Below, in pieces: positions 49,073-57,566 of a DNA stretch of 64,000 bases. Made by a program: the position numbers and the translations under genes. The stretch is taken from positions 1 to 64,000 of the forward strand of contig JBBDYA010000121.1 of the NCBI GenBank assembly GCA_040902005.1. The letters are read 5' to 3'. This DNA comes from Gemmatimonadaceae bacterium (lineage in GTDB: Bacteria; Gemmatimonadota; Gemmatimonadetes; Gemmatimonadales; Gemmatimonadaceae). Position 1 is the first letter of the stretch. The number at the start of each line of letters is the position of its first letter. The notes under the pieces are model-generated. The model was not told the DNA's origin, searched no databases, and saw nothing but the letters and a program-made list of their open reading frames with translations.

Positions 49073-49528
49073 TCATGCTCGCCCGATCACGCGCAGCCGC
49101 CGCCGCACGCGGCGCGGCAGGAAGAACGCGGCCGCCATGATCGCCTTGCGGAGGTTCAACTCACGCAACTCCGCGGGATCCCCCGTCCAGTGGGAGAGCA
49201 GCACGGCGCGCCCCGCGTTCTCCATCAGGCGCCGGAGCGCCGTGACCAGCAGAAAGACGTCATCCACCTGGCCAAGGAACGGGATAAAGTCCGGAATCAG
49301 ATCCATAGGCATCACGATGTACGCGATGGCGCCCGCGACCAGGACCTTGTCCACCACGGCTACCCGCGTGTCCGTGATCAACCCCCACAACAGCTGGAGA
49401 AACCTGGGCAGGTCGCCGATGTAGCTCATGACGGTGCGTTTGGCGCCCGTCCGCGGCGCCTTTGCGGCCGCGGCGTGCCCCGCCGGGCGCGCGGACGCAC
49501 GCGCGCGCGCGTTCTTCGGTACGGCCAT
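49073..49528 (-). CDS. YkvA / DUF1232 family membrane protein
   Basis: YIVMPMDLIPDFIPFLGQVDD. Confidence 0.9.
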   Translation of the reverse strand: MAVPKNARARASARPAGHAAAAKAPRTGAKRTVMSYIGDLPRFLQLLWGLITDTRVAVVDKVLVAGAIAYIVMPMDLIPDFIPFLGQVDDVFLLVTALRRLMENAGRAVLLSHWTGDPAELRELNLRKAIMAAAFFLPRRVRRRLRVIGRA

Positions 49529-49998
49529 CAGAGATGCTCCTCCCCCGAGCCGGGGTGCCTGGTATCGTGGGCCGGACTCGAGGCCTCGGGCGAGGCGACC
49601 GGTCGCGGCGGTACGGCGGGCGTCGACGCACCACTCGTACCACTCGTACCGGTCGTACCGGGCGTACCGGCCGAACCGGCCGAGAGCGGCGCCGCGGCCT
49701 GCGCCGCGCTGGCGATGTCCGTCGCCACCGACTTCCCGGCGGCCACGGCGCCATTCAACACGTTGGCGGCGCGATTCAACAGTCCCATCGTTTCGGCGAT
49801 TGCCGAGGCGGACACGCGCCCAGCCCGCATCCGGTCTTCGACCGCTTCCGTGAACCGCGTGAACGCATTGCCCTGCGGATTGGTGCGCTCGGCGTACTTC
49901 GACTCCAGATACTCGACGTAATCCAGGACCTGATATCCGCGCTCGTCGGATAACGCCTCGATCTTCCGGAGAATCCGCTCTCGGAGGTGCTCATTCAT
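49528..49998 (-). CDS. hypothetical protein, DUF2281-like N-terminus and low-complexity tail
   Basis: ILRKIEALSDERGYQVLDYVEYL; GTPGTTGTSGTSG tail encoded by 9-nt repeats; TGATG overlap with the ykvA-like gene. Confidence 0.7.
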   Translation of the reverse strand: MNEHLRERILRKIEALSDERGYQVLDYVEYLESKYAERTNPQGNAFTRFTEAVEDRMRAGRVSASAIAETMGLLNRAANVLNGAVAAGKSVATDIASAAQAAAPLSAGSAGTPGTTGTSGTSGASTPAVPPRPVASPEASSPAHDTRHPGSGEEHL

Positions 49999-50040
49999 GG
50001 AGTAAGCTACTGCAAGTCCGGCGCGCGGCGCCGGCGATTG

Positions 50041-51093
50041 TCAGCCGCGCCAGCGCGACTTTCGGCCGCGGGCGTCGATATGAACGTACGGCTTCGAATA
50101 CCGCCGGCTGGCATAAATCCCGAGCCCGCCGGAAAGATCCGGGTACATCCGCTCGACGACCTCCACCGCAGCCACGACCAGTCGATAATCATTCTGATCG
50201 AAGCGGCCATTCCGATTCGCGTCGACGACCACATCGGCCGCGTCGCCGTACTGGTGGCGGCTGTCCTGCGCCGCGCCGCTGATGCGCCGGTTGTGTCCCG
50301 GCGTGCGGAAGCCGGAGTGCACGTCCAGCTCGAGCTGGAGCGCTGCTGTGCCCTCGTTCTTGCGCTCGACCTCGGCGAAAACGAGCTCCAGCTTGTCCAG
50401 CAGGCGCGGGCTGAGCACGACGTATTTCGGCCACACTTCGGCCTGGTCGTCGTGCGTCACGAAATGGCGCAGCCGCAGGTGCTTGCTGACCGCCAGATCG
50501 AGGTACTGCGGGAACACCTCGAGGAATCCGTCCGGATGCTGGTCGTTGCCGCGGCCTCCGCGCAGCCGCTCCGACAGGTAGGTCCCGATGCGATAGCCGT
50601 TCAGCATCTGGCCCTCCTTCCGGTCAAATGGGACCATGACCGCCACCACCGGTTCCCGAATGATCTGCCGGTCTTCGCCGCGCACCAGCGTGAGGTAGTA
50701 GAAGCCCGGAAGCATCGGCGAGACCACGCCCGACCCCGCCAGCGACTGGGTCACAAACCCGGTTTCACTCCCACGCAGGGAGGTCCATTCATAGCTCAGC
50801 ACGCCGGGATCGCCACCGACCGCGAGCGGAAATTCCAGCTCCACTCCGGGCATCGAGAACAACAGCTTCACCTCACCGCTCCGTCCGAAGGCATTCACGG
50901 ACGCCGAGCCGATGTTCAGGTGCACCGCCGCGTCGGCCAGGAACGGCACCCGGCCCAGGGCGCTGTCCGGGTTGTAGAACTGGAACGCGCCCACGACGGC
51001 GCTGAGCCCAACGACCACGGTCGCCGCGCGGGCCCGCAGATTGGACTGCCGCCGCACGACCGGCTTGAACTTGCGCCTGGCCGGTTTCTTCAC
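50041..51093 (-). CDS. peptidase M15 / MepK(YcbK)-like zinc peptidase, paralog 2
   Basis: SGFRTP, SRHQYGDAAD, GGLGIY, YVHIDARG; N-terminal basic stretch plus TM; GTGA overlap with paralog 1. Confidence 0.85.
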   Translation of the reverse strand: MKKPARRKFKPVVRRQSNLRARAATVVVGLSAVVGAFQFYNPDSALGRVPFLADAAVHLNIGSASVNAFGRSGEVKLLFSMPGVELEFPLAVGGDPGVLSYEWTSLRGSETGFVTQSLAGSGVVSPMLPGFYYLTLVRGEDRQIIREPVVAVMVPFDRKEGQMLNGYRIGTYLSERLRGGRGNDQHPDGFLEVFPQYLDLAVSKHLRLRHFVTHDDQAEVWPKYVVLSPRLLDKLELVFAEVERKNEGTAALQLELDVHSGFRTPGHNRRISGAAQDSRHQYGDAADVVVDANRNGRFDQNDYRLVVAAVEVVERMYPDLSGGLGIYASRRYSKPYVHIDARGRKSRWRG

Positions 51094-51917
51094 CCGGTCA
51101 ACCCCCACCGGGCGCGCCAGCCACGCACGTCCACATGCGCAAACGGGCCGTGCGCCGAGGTCGCGCGATAGACGCCAACGCCACCCGCGAACTGCGGATG
51201 CCGCCGTTCCACTCGCTCGACGGCCTGGAGAATCACCCTCGCATCGCGATGGTCCACGCGGCCATCTCCGTTGAGGTCATCCATTCGCCCGTCCCGATCA
51301 TTATCCACGAAAACGTCCGCGGCATCGCCGTACATGTGCCGGCTCACCCCGGACCTGCCGCTCCCGCCACCGCCGTTGTACTGCGGCGTCCTGAAGCCGC
51401 TCATCACCTGCATGTGACGAACGACGACGCCCTGATCGTTCAACTCCTGGATGACCAACTCCAGCTTGTCGATCAACTCCTCCCGCAACACCAGATACTT
51501 GGGCCAGACGTTCGGCTGGTTCTTCGTGAGGAAGTCCCGAAGCCGAAAATGCTCCGAGACGCGGGTGTTCTGATTCTCCCGCGTTACTTCGACGAATTGG
51601 GTGGGCGTTTTGTAAGCCTCTGAAGTAACACGTTTCTGCTCGCCAGGCCAGAACCCAACCAGATACTGACCGATCCGTCCGTTGACCTTGTCCTTGAGCG
51701 TCCGATGGGTCAGGTAGGAAAACATCGATCCACGGAGCTTCCCACTGAGCCCCCTCGGCTGCGTGTCAACACCCGCAAACACCAAGGACGGGTCCAGAGT
51801 AAGGACGGGAGCGTTCGCGCCCTCCATCGCACCTCCGAACGAGGGCAAAGACTCTCCCGATACGGCTGCAACCGTCGCGCTCGCGAGCAGGACGGTCAAT
51901 ACGAACTGAACGATCAT
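51090..51917 (-). CDS. peptidase M15 / MepK(YcbK)-like zinc peptidase, paralog 1
   Basis: Signal peptide, SEHFRLRDF, SGFRTP, SRHMYGDAAD, GVGVY, FAHVDVRG; GAGGTG SD. Confidence 0.87.
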   Translation of the reverse strand: MIVQFVLTVLLASATVAAVSGESLPSFGGAMEGANAPVLTLDPSLVFAGVDTQPRGLSGKLRGSMFSYLTHRTLKDKVNGRIGQYLVGFWPGEQKRVTSEAYKTPTQFVEVTRENQNTRVSEHFRLRDFLTKNQPNVWPKYLVLREELIDKLELVIQELNDQGVVVRHMQVMSGFRTPQYNGGGGSGRSGVSRHMYGDAADVFVDNDRDGRMDDLNGDGRVDHRDARVILQAVERVERRHPQFAGGVGVYRATSAHGPFAHVDVRGWRARWGLTG

Positions 51918-51945
51918 TTATCCCACCTCAATTACGTCGGAACCT

Positions 51946-51973
51946 ATTGTAACGCCATAATTTAACTACGCAA
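51946..51973 (-). promoter_or_regulatory. putative sigma-70 promoter TTGCGT-N16-TACAAT for the peptidase pair
   Basis: Read on the minus strand in an AT-rich spacer, about 28 nt before the ATG at 51917. Confidence 0.55.
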
Positions 51974-52039
51974 CCACGCAATGCTCAGTGCGCGAAGTCA
52001 CAACGACACTCTCGTTGACTGACCGATTGAACAGGAGCG

Positions 52040-52879
52040 TCAGTAGATGAAGACCGGCGTTCCCACGGAAACCATTTCGTACAGGACAGCGATGTCCTCG
52101 TTCCTGAGCCTCACACATCCGTGACTGACCGCTCGGCCAATGGTCTCGGGGCGATTCGTCCCATGCAGCGCATAGCCATCTCCGATGTTCAGGCGATGGG
52201 TTCCAAGAACCCCATGATACTTGCGCTGGCTGGTGCCAAAGGGCGGGATCACAACGTTGCCGCCGACAACCAATTCGGTGCCGTCGGAGACACTGACTGA
52301 GGTCTGACGACCGTCGGCGGAGCGCATCACTACATCTGAGCCCGCTACCGTCACGTATGAACCGTCTCCGACCGGAAGACGCTGGCCCCGCAGGAGACGC
52401 ACGACGCCGAGACCGCGGCGCTGCGCCAGTTCCACGTAATGCCAGTCCGGCGGAATCCAGACGGGATCGGTTTCCCTGGACACGACCGCCAGGCGCCCCC
52501 GGGGCGTTTCAAACCGCCAATGCTGGTCATTGCCGCGGCGTTCCAGCACCTTGCCGCTGCCCGTCGCCACCTGAGCAGTGAACAGCACCGAGTCTCCCCG
52601 GCGGAACCAGAGCCGTCGCTCCTCGATGCTGACCACGATGTAGGGCTGGCCCGGGGACGGAAGTGGGGTGCTCGCGAGCACCTGATTCAGACTATCGCCC
52701 TCCAGCCCTGCCCGGCGCCGGAGCTCGGCGAGGAGCTGGAGGTTGTCATTGAAGACCATTCGGCTCACGTCACGCCCGTAGCGGATCTCCAGCGTCCTCG
52801 CGACCGCGACGGCGCTCACGGCGGCCAGCGCCGCGACGGCGACCAGCAGGGAAACGAGGACGGCACGGCCCTGTGTCAT
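52040..52879 (-). CDS. L,D-transpeptidase (YkuD domain), catalytic residues intact
   Basis: [44 protein letters not shown]-terminal TM. Confidence 0.93.
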   Translation of the reverse strand: MTQGRAVLVSLLVAVAALAAVSAVAVARTLEIRYGRDVSRMVFNDNLQLLAELRRRAGLEGDSLNQVLASTPLPSPGQPYIVVSIEERRLWFRRGDSVLFTAQVATGSGKVLERRGNDQHWRFETPRGRLAVVSRETDPVWIPPDWHYVELAQRRGLGVVRLLRGQRLPVGDGSYVTVAGSDVVMRSADGRQTSVSVSDGTELVVGGNVVIPPFGTSQRKYHGVLGTHRLNIGDGYALHGTNRPETIGRAVSHGCVRLRNEDIAVLYEMVSVGTPVFIY

Positions 52880-52880
52880 G

Positions 52881-53618
52881 TCAGTAGAAGTAGACCCTCG
52901 TACCGGGCAGGATGTTCGGCAGAATGGCCCGCAGGTCGTCCACACGGGCGCGCACGGCGCCGGGCAGCACGTACGCGGAGTCACTCAGCGGCCCGGCCTC
53001 GGGCATCGAGTAGATGATGGTACCGCCGTCGAGAATCAGGGCCGCTGGCCCGAGCGCCGCGGTGACCAGGCGCTGGCTGTCGACCGCAACGCCGCGCTGC
53101 GCGTACACCCAGGCGGGCACCTCCCAGGCGTCGCGCTCTGTGAGCACCCGCGCCACGGTGCGCACGCCGCGCGGGGCGGCCAGCACCACGGTATCCGGTG
53201 GGATTCCCCCGAGTCGTTCCGGCCCGACATCCACGGGCATCGCGCGCAGCAGGGCGCCGTCGCGCTCCAGGTACATGGTGCCTGTGTCGATGGAGACCGA
53301 GAGATGCAGTGCCTGCTCCACTCGTGCCTGGCGCCTCAGCAATTCGATCGCGACCCGAAGCTTGTCTTCCTCACTGGCCACAATGCCATCGGCGCGCGCG
53401 CGCTCGATATCGGTCATCGCGGCGCGAAGTCGCGCGATTTCGGCGGTGTACCGCTGTCGCCGGTCGTGCATCCACAGGTTCGCCGCGACCATGGTGATGA
53501 GCAGCAGGCCGGCCAGAATGACGGTGGCCCGGAACGGCGCGCTCGGCGACGGAGGCGCGGTGGGCGGACCGATACGCGTGGGCTGGGGTGGTTTCACGTC
53601 AGAACCGGCATCACGCAT
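52881..53618 (-). CDS. L,D-transpeptidase-fold protein lacking the catalytic His and Cys
   Basis: Collinear with its neighbour ([29 protein letters not shown]) but has IIYS for ALHG and LPGAVR for SHGCVR. Confidence 0.78.
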   Translation of the reverse strand: MRDAGSDVKPPQPTRIGPPTAPPSPSAPFRATVILAGLLLITMVAANLWMHDRRQRYTAEIARLRAAMTDIERARADGIVASEEDKLRVAIELLRRQARVEQALHLSVSIDTGTMYLERDGALLRAMPVDVGPERLGGIPPDTVVLAAPRGVRTVARVLTERDAWEVPAWVYAQRGVAVDSQRLVTAALGPAALILDGGTIIYSMPEAGPLSDSAYVLPGAVRARVDDLRAILPNILPGTRVYFY

Positions 53619-53748
53619 TCACGGATGCTACATCGCTTGGTGACCATGCGGCGGCCGGGTACTTTTCCCAAGCCGCGCCGGAGGATGACTTGTCGGCCTG
53701 TTCGAAGCAAGCGCCGCCGGCGAATCCCCTACGCCGAATTCCTGCCGC

Positions 53749-55299
53749 ATGTCGCACCGCCGTCCAGTCGTGCTGGTCGTCCTCGACGGCTGGGGTCATC
53801 GGGAGGCGCGCGAGGGGAACGCGATCAAGCTCGCCGAAACGCCCGCATGGGACCGGCTGTGGAATCGCGCCCCGCGGACGCTGCTGAATGCCTCCGGACT
53901 CGCCGTCGGACTCCCGGCCGGTCAGATGGGAAACAGTGAAGTCGGGCATCTCAATCTCGGCGCGGGTCGCGTGGTCATGCAGGACCTCGTGCGCGTCAAC
54001 GCCAGCATTCGCGATGGCACATTCTTCGACAATCCGTCGCTCGTGGAGGCGTGTGAGTCGGCGAGGCGGAATGACGGAACGCTGCATCTCATGGGGCTCA
54101 TCGGCACGGGCGGCGTCCATGCCTTCGACAGGCACCTGTACGCGCTCATCGACCTTGCCGAGCGCCGGTCCGTGCCGCGCGTGGCCATCCACGCCCTGCT
54201 CGACGGGCGTGACACCATGCCCCGGTCGGCGTACGGGTACCTCCAGGCGCTGCTGGCGTACGCCCGCGGGCGCGCGATCGTGGCGAGTCTGGGCGGGCGC
54301 TACTTCGGGATGGATCGCGACACGCGCTGGGATCGCACGACGAAGTGGTTTCGGGCGGCGGTCGTCGGCCTGGGTCCCACGGCCACCGACCCGCTGGCCG
54401 TGATCCAGGAGTCGTACGAGCGTGACGTCACCGACGAGTTCATCGAGCCGCGCGTGATCACCCGCGACGGCGGGCCTGTCGCGCCGATGAACGATGGCGA
54501 TTCGCTCATCTGCTTCAACTTCCGCGCGGATCGCATGCGGCAGATGGTCCGCGCGGTCACCGATGAGGATTTTGCCGCCTTCGACACGGGACGCCGGCCC
54601 CGGTTGAACGTGGTGACCATGACTGTGTATGACCGCACGCTCGAGGTGGTGGCGGCATTCCCGCCGCAGTCCATGGCGAACATCGTGGCCCAAGTACTGT
54701 CCACGACGGGCAGGACCACGTTCCGCACGGCGGAAACGGAGAAGTACGCGCACGTGACCTATTTCTTCAACGGCGGCGTGGAAACGCCCTTCCCGGGCGA
54801 GGACCGACTGCTGGTGCCGAGTCAGAAGGTGGCCACCTATGATCTTGCGCCCGCGATGAGCGCTCACGGCGTAACCGACGTGCTCTGCCGTGCCATCGAG
54901 GATCGTCAACACGATTTCCTTCTCTGCAACTACGCCAATGGCGACATGGTGGGACACACCGGTTCCATGCCGGCCACCATTGCCGCCGTGGAGACGGTTG
55001 ACGCCTGCCTGACTCGGGTCCTGGACGCCGCCGAACGGTCCCGCGCGCGCTTGTTGATCACGGCGGACCATGGAAATTGTGAGATGATGATCGATCCTGA
55101 GACCGGCGGCCCGCACACGGCGCACACGACGAATCCGGTGCCCCTGGTCGTGGTGGATCCTGACGGCGACCGACCGCTGCGGGATGGCGGCGCCCTCTGC
55201 GACGTGGGACCGACGATATTACGCATGCTGGAACTGGAGCAGCCCCTGGAGATGACCGGAATGGATCTACGGCAACTGACGGCAGGCGCGACCGCATGA
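53749..55299 (+). CDS. gpmI: 2,3-bisphosphoglycerate-independent phosphoglycerate mutase
   Basis: LDGWG, MGNSEVGH, LDGRD, AETEKYAHVT, DMVGH, TADHGN. Confidence 0.98.
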   Translation: MSHRRPVVLVVLDGWGHREAREGNAIKLAETPAWDRLWNRAPRTLLNASGLAVGLPAGQMGNSEVGHLNLGAGRVVMQDLVRVNASIRDGTFFDNPSLVEACESARRNDGTLHLMGLIGTGGVHAFDRHLYALIDLAERRSVPRVAIHALLDGRDTMPRSAYGYLQALLAYARGRAIVASLGGRYFGMDRDTRWDRTTKWFRAAVVGLGPTATDPLAVIQESYERDVTDEFIEPRVITRDGGPVAPMNDGDSLICFNFRADRMRQMVRAVTDEDFAAFDTGRRPRLNVVTMTVYDRTLEVVAAFPPQSMANIVAQVLSTTGRTTFRTAETEKYAHVTYFFNGGVETPFPGEDRLLVPSQKVATYDLAPAMSAHGVTDVLCRAIEDRQHDFLLCNYANGDMVGHTGSMPATIAAVETVDACLTRVLDAAERSRARLLITADHGNCEMMIDPETGGPHTAHTTNPVPLVVVDPDGDRPLRDGGALCDVGPTILRMLELEQPLEMTGMDLRQLTAGATA

Positions 55300-56015
55300 C
55301 CCGCGCGATCTTGACCGCCTTGGCGGCGAGCGCGTTCTGCTCGGCGCACCTGAGCGCGCAGGTTGGCTACGAACCGGCTCGCAGTCCGTTCCGCGACCTG
55401 GACTTCGCGCAGGAACTCACGCTGTACAGTGGCCGCTACCAGGCCAGGGAGGATCCCGCACACGTCGCGCCTCGCAGCGGTCAACTGGTAGGCCTGCACT
55501 ACCAGTGGCGCGCGGGCGGGCCCGCCAGCATCACCGCGGACATCTCGCGGCTTGGCACGGAACGCCTCGTGCTCGATCCCGAACGACCGGCCTTCTGCAA
55601 CGGCGACAGCACGCGCAGCTGCAAGGTCATCGACGACTTCCGCTGGCCGGTCTATTTCGCCGACCTCGGCCTGGCGCTGAACCTGACCGGCGCGCGCAGC
55701 TTCTATCGCCTGGTTCCGCAGCTCAAGGCCGGACTCGGCATCGCCACCGACTTCCACACGAAAGCGGACGTCGGCGGTTTTGCGTTCGGCACCCGCATGG
55801 CGTTTCACTGGGGCGCAGGGGTCTCCTGGACGCCGGGAACCCGGTACCAGTTTCGAGCGGATTTCATCAACCACCTGTACTCGATCAAGTACCCGGATTT
55901 GTACTACCGCCCGGCGGACGACGACTCGACCGTCCTGCCCGGCCAGCAGAGCCGCAGCGTGTGGCTGAACAACCCCGCCCTTACGATCGGCCTGTCGTAC
56001 CTGTTCGCCCGGTAA
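55296..56015 (+). CDS. hypothetical exported protein, probable outer-membrane beta-barrel
   Basis: Signal peptide (LSA-QVG), amphipathic strands, C-terminal IGLSYLF. Confidence 0.7.
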   Translation: MTRAILTALAASAFCSAHLSAQVGYEPARSPFRDLDFAQELTLYSGRYQAREDPAHVAPRSGQLVGLHYQWRAGGPASITADISRLGTERLVLDPERPAFCNGDSTRSCKVIDDFRWPVYFADLGLALNLTGARSFYRLVPQLKAGLGIATDFHTKADVGGFAFGTRMAFHWGAGVSWTPGTRYQFRADFINHLYSIKYPDLYYRPADDDSTVLPGQQSRSVWLNNPALTIGLSYLFAR

Positions 56016-56151
56016 GTCGCGCCCCTGATCTCAGCGCCGCCCTCGAGTAAACGTCCGTTTCCGATCCGTCCGTGACCTAAACTGGGGCTCAATCATCCTC
56101 AGATGTGGAAAACGCGGCCGGTAACAGATCTGTGCGCTTGCCGAGATCGGA

Positions 56152-56913
56152 GTGACAACTACCAAGACCATAGCGCGCGAGAGCGCACCGAGCGGGTTCA
56201 CCGACGAGTTAGGGCCGCTCGTGCGGGTGCATGGGGAGCTGGGACGTTTCCGTCTCAGCCCCACGCGGGTGAAGCGCGCGCGCGCGAACCTGGGCGAAGG
56301 CCGGGTTGCGTTCGACGCCAACGAGGTGCTGCGCGCCGCCGGCGATCTGGACCCCAGTCTCGCCCGCGTGGCCATCGCTTTTGAAATGTGCGGCCTGGCC
56401 TCTACACGCGAGCTGGAGTCGTTCCGAACGGGCTATGCCGTCGCCCAGCCGTTGCTCAAGGCATGGCTGGTGGGCGAGCGCGGCTCCAGCGACGCCGGAC
56501 GCCGGCTCGCCCTTCGCGCCCCCGCACTGGTCGGCAACGCGGTACTGGGCAGCGCCGCCGCGCAGGTGAGCAAGGGGATGCCGTTCCCCGCCTGGAACCG
56601 GGCCACCTGCCCCTGCTGCGGCGGCCCGCCGGACCTCGCCGTGCGAGCAGATTCCGGCCGCGCGCTGGTCTGCGCGCGCTGTGATACCCGCTGGATCGCG
56701 CCCACCTTCGGCTGCCTCGGGTGCGAAGCCACGCGGCCCCCGACGTTCGTGCGGGTGGATGCGGTCGACCTCGGGTACGAATTGCTCGTGTGTCACGCCT
56801 GCTCGCGTTACATCAAGGAGCGGCGAGGCAGCGACGTGCAGTCGCCGATCATGGACCGCGCGCTCACGGCCGAGCTGGACGCGGCGGCTGAGCGACGCGG
56901 GCTGAGGATCTGA
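56152..56913 (+). CDS. FdhE-like protein
   Basis: WNRATCPCCG, CARCDTRW, CLGC, CHACSRYIK, ELDAAA pattern. Confidence 0.8.
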   Translation: MTTTKTIARESAPSGFTDELGPLVRVHGELGRFRLSPTRVKRARANLGEGRVAFDANEVLRAAGDLDPSLARVAIAFEMCGLASTRELESFRTGYAVAQPLLKAWLVGERGSSDAGRRLALRAPALVGNAVLGSAAAQVSKGMPFPAWNRATCPCCGGPPDLAVRADSGRALVCARCDTRWIAPTFGCLGCEATRPPTFVRVDAVDLGYELLVCHACSRYIKERRGSDVQSPIMDRALTAELDAAAERRGLRI

Positions 56914-56927
56914 GCCGGCCCGCTCCG

Positions 56928-57527
56928 GTGGGCGTCATCCTGGCCGGGGGCGCGAGCCGACGGCTCGGCGGTGCTCCCAAAGGGCTCGAGTTGGTGGGCG
57001 GCGCGCGAATCATCGATCGTGTGGCGGCGGCCCTCCGGCCGCTCACCTGCGAACTGGTTGTGGCGTCGAACCACCTCGAGGCCGAACACTGGCTTCCTGG
57101 TGTTGCCGTGGTGCGAGACAACCATCAAGACGCAGGGGGGCTCGCCGGCGTGGAGGCGGGACTCGCGCGGGGCCAGGATGCACTCGTCGTCGCGTGGGAC
57201 ATGCCGTTCGTCACCACGCGGGTGCTCGACGCGATCCTTGCTGCCGCACGACGATGGAATGCCGACGTCACCCTCCCGGAGAGCGAATCGCCGTACGGCA
57301 TGGAACCGTTCTGCGCGCATTACGCGGCCCGGGTGCGAACGCCGCTCACTCGCTTTCTCGCCGAGGGGGGGGGGCCGGCGCGAGACTTCATTCGCGGACT
57401 GGAGCGCGTCCGTTTGGAGAGCGCGTCGGATCTGGGTGTGCTGGACAGTCCGGGCCGGCTGTACTTCAGCGTGAACAGCACCGCCGACCTGGATCGAGCG
57501 CGCGCAATGGCTGTGGAGTCACGGTAG
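56928..57527 (+). CDS. mobA: molybdenum cofactor guanylyltransferase
   Basis: GVILAGGASRRLGG.PK, AWDMPF, EPFCAHY, SVNSTADL. Confidence 0.9.
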   Translation: MGVILAGGASRRLGGAPKGLELVGGARIIDRVAAALRPLTCELVVASNHLEAEHWLPGVAVVRDNHQDAGGLAGVEAGLARGQDALVVAWDMPFVTTRVLDAILAAARRWNADVTLPESESPYGMEPFCAHYAARVRTPLTRFLAEGGGPARDFIRGLERVRLESASDLGVLDSPGRLYFSVNSTADLDRARAMAVESR

Positions 57528-57566
57528 ATTCTCGAGATTCTCGGCACCTACTCGGGAGACCTCACG

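Noticed and set aside
56016..56151. Moco riboswitch upstream of fdhE-like/mobA
   Set aside because: I could not match the motif by eye; an Rfam scan would be needed.
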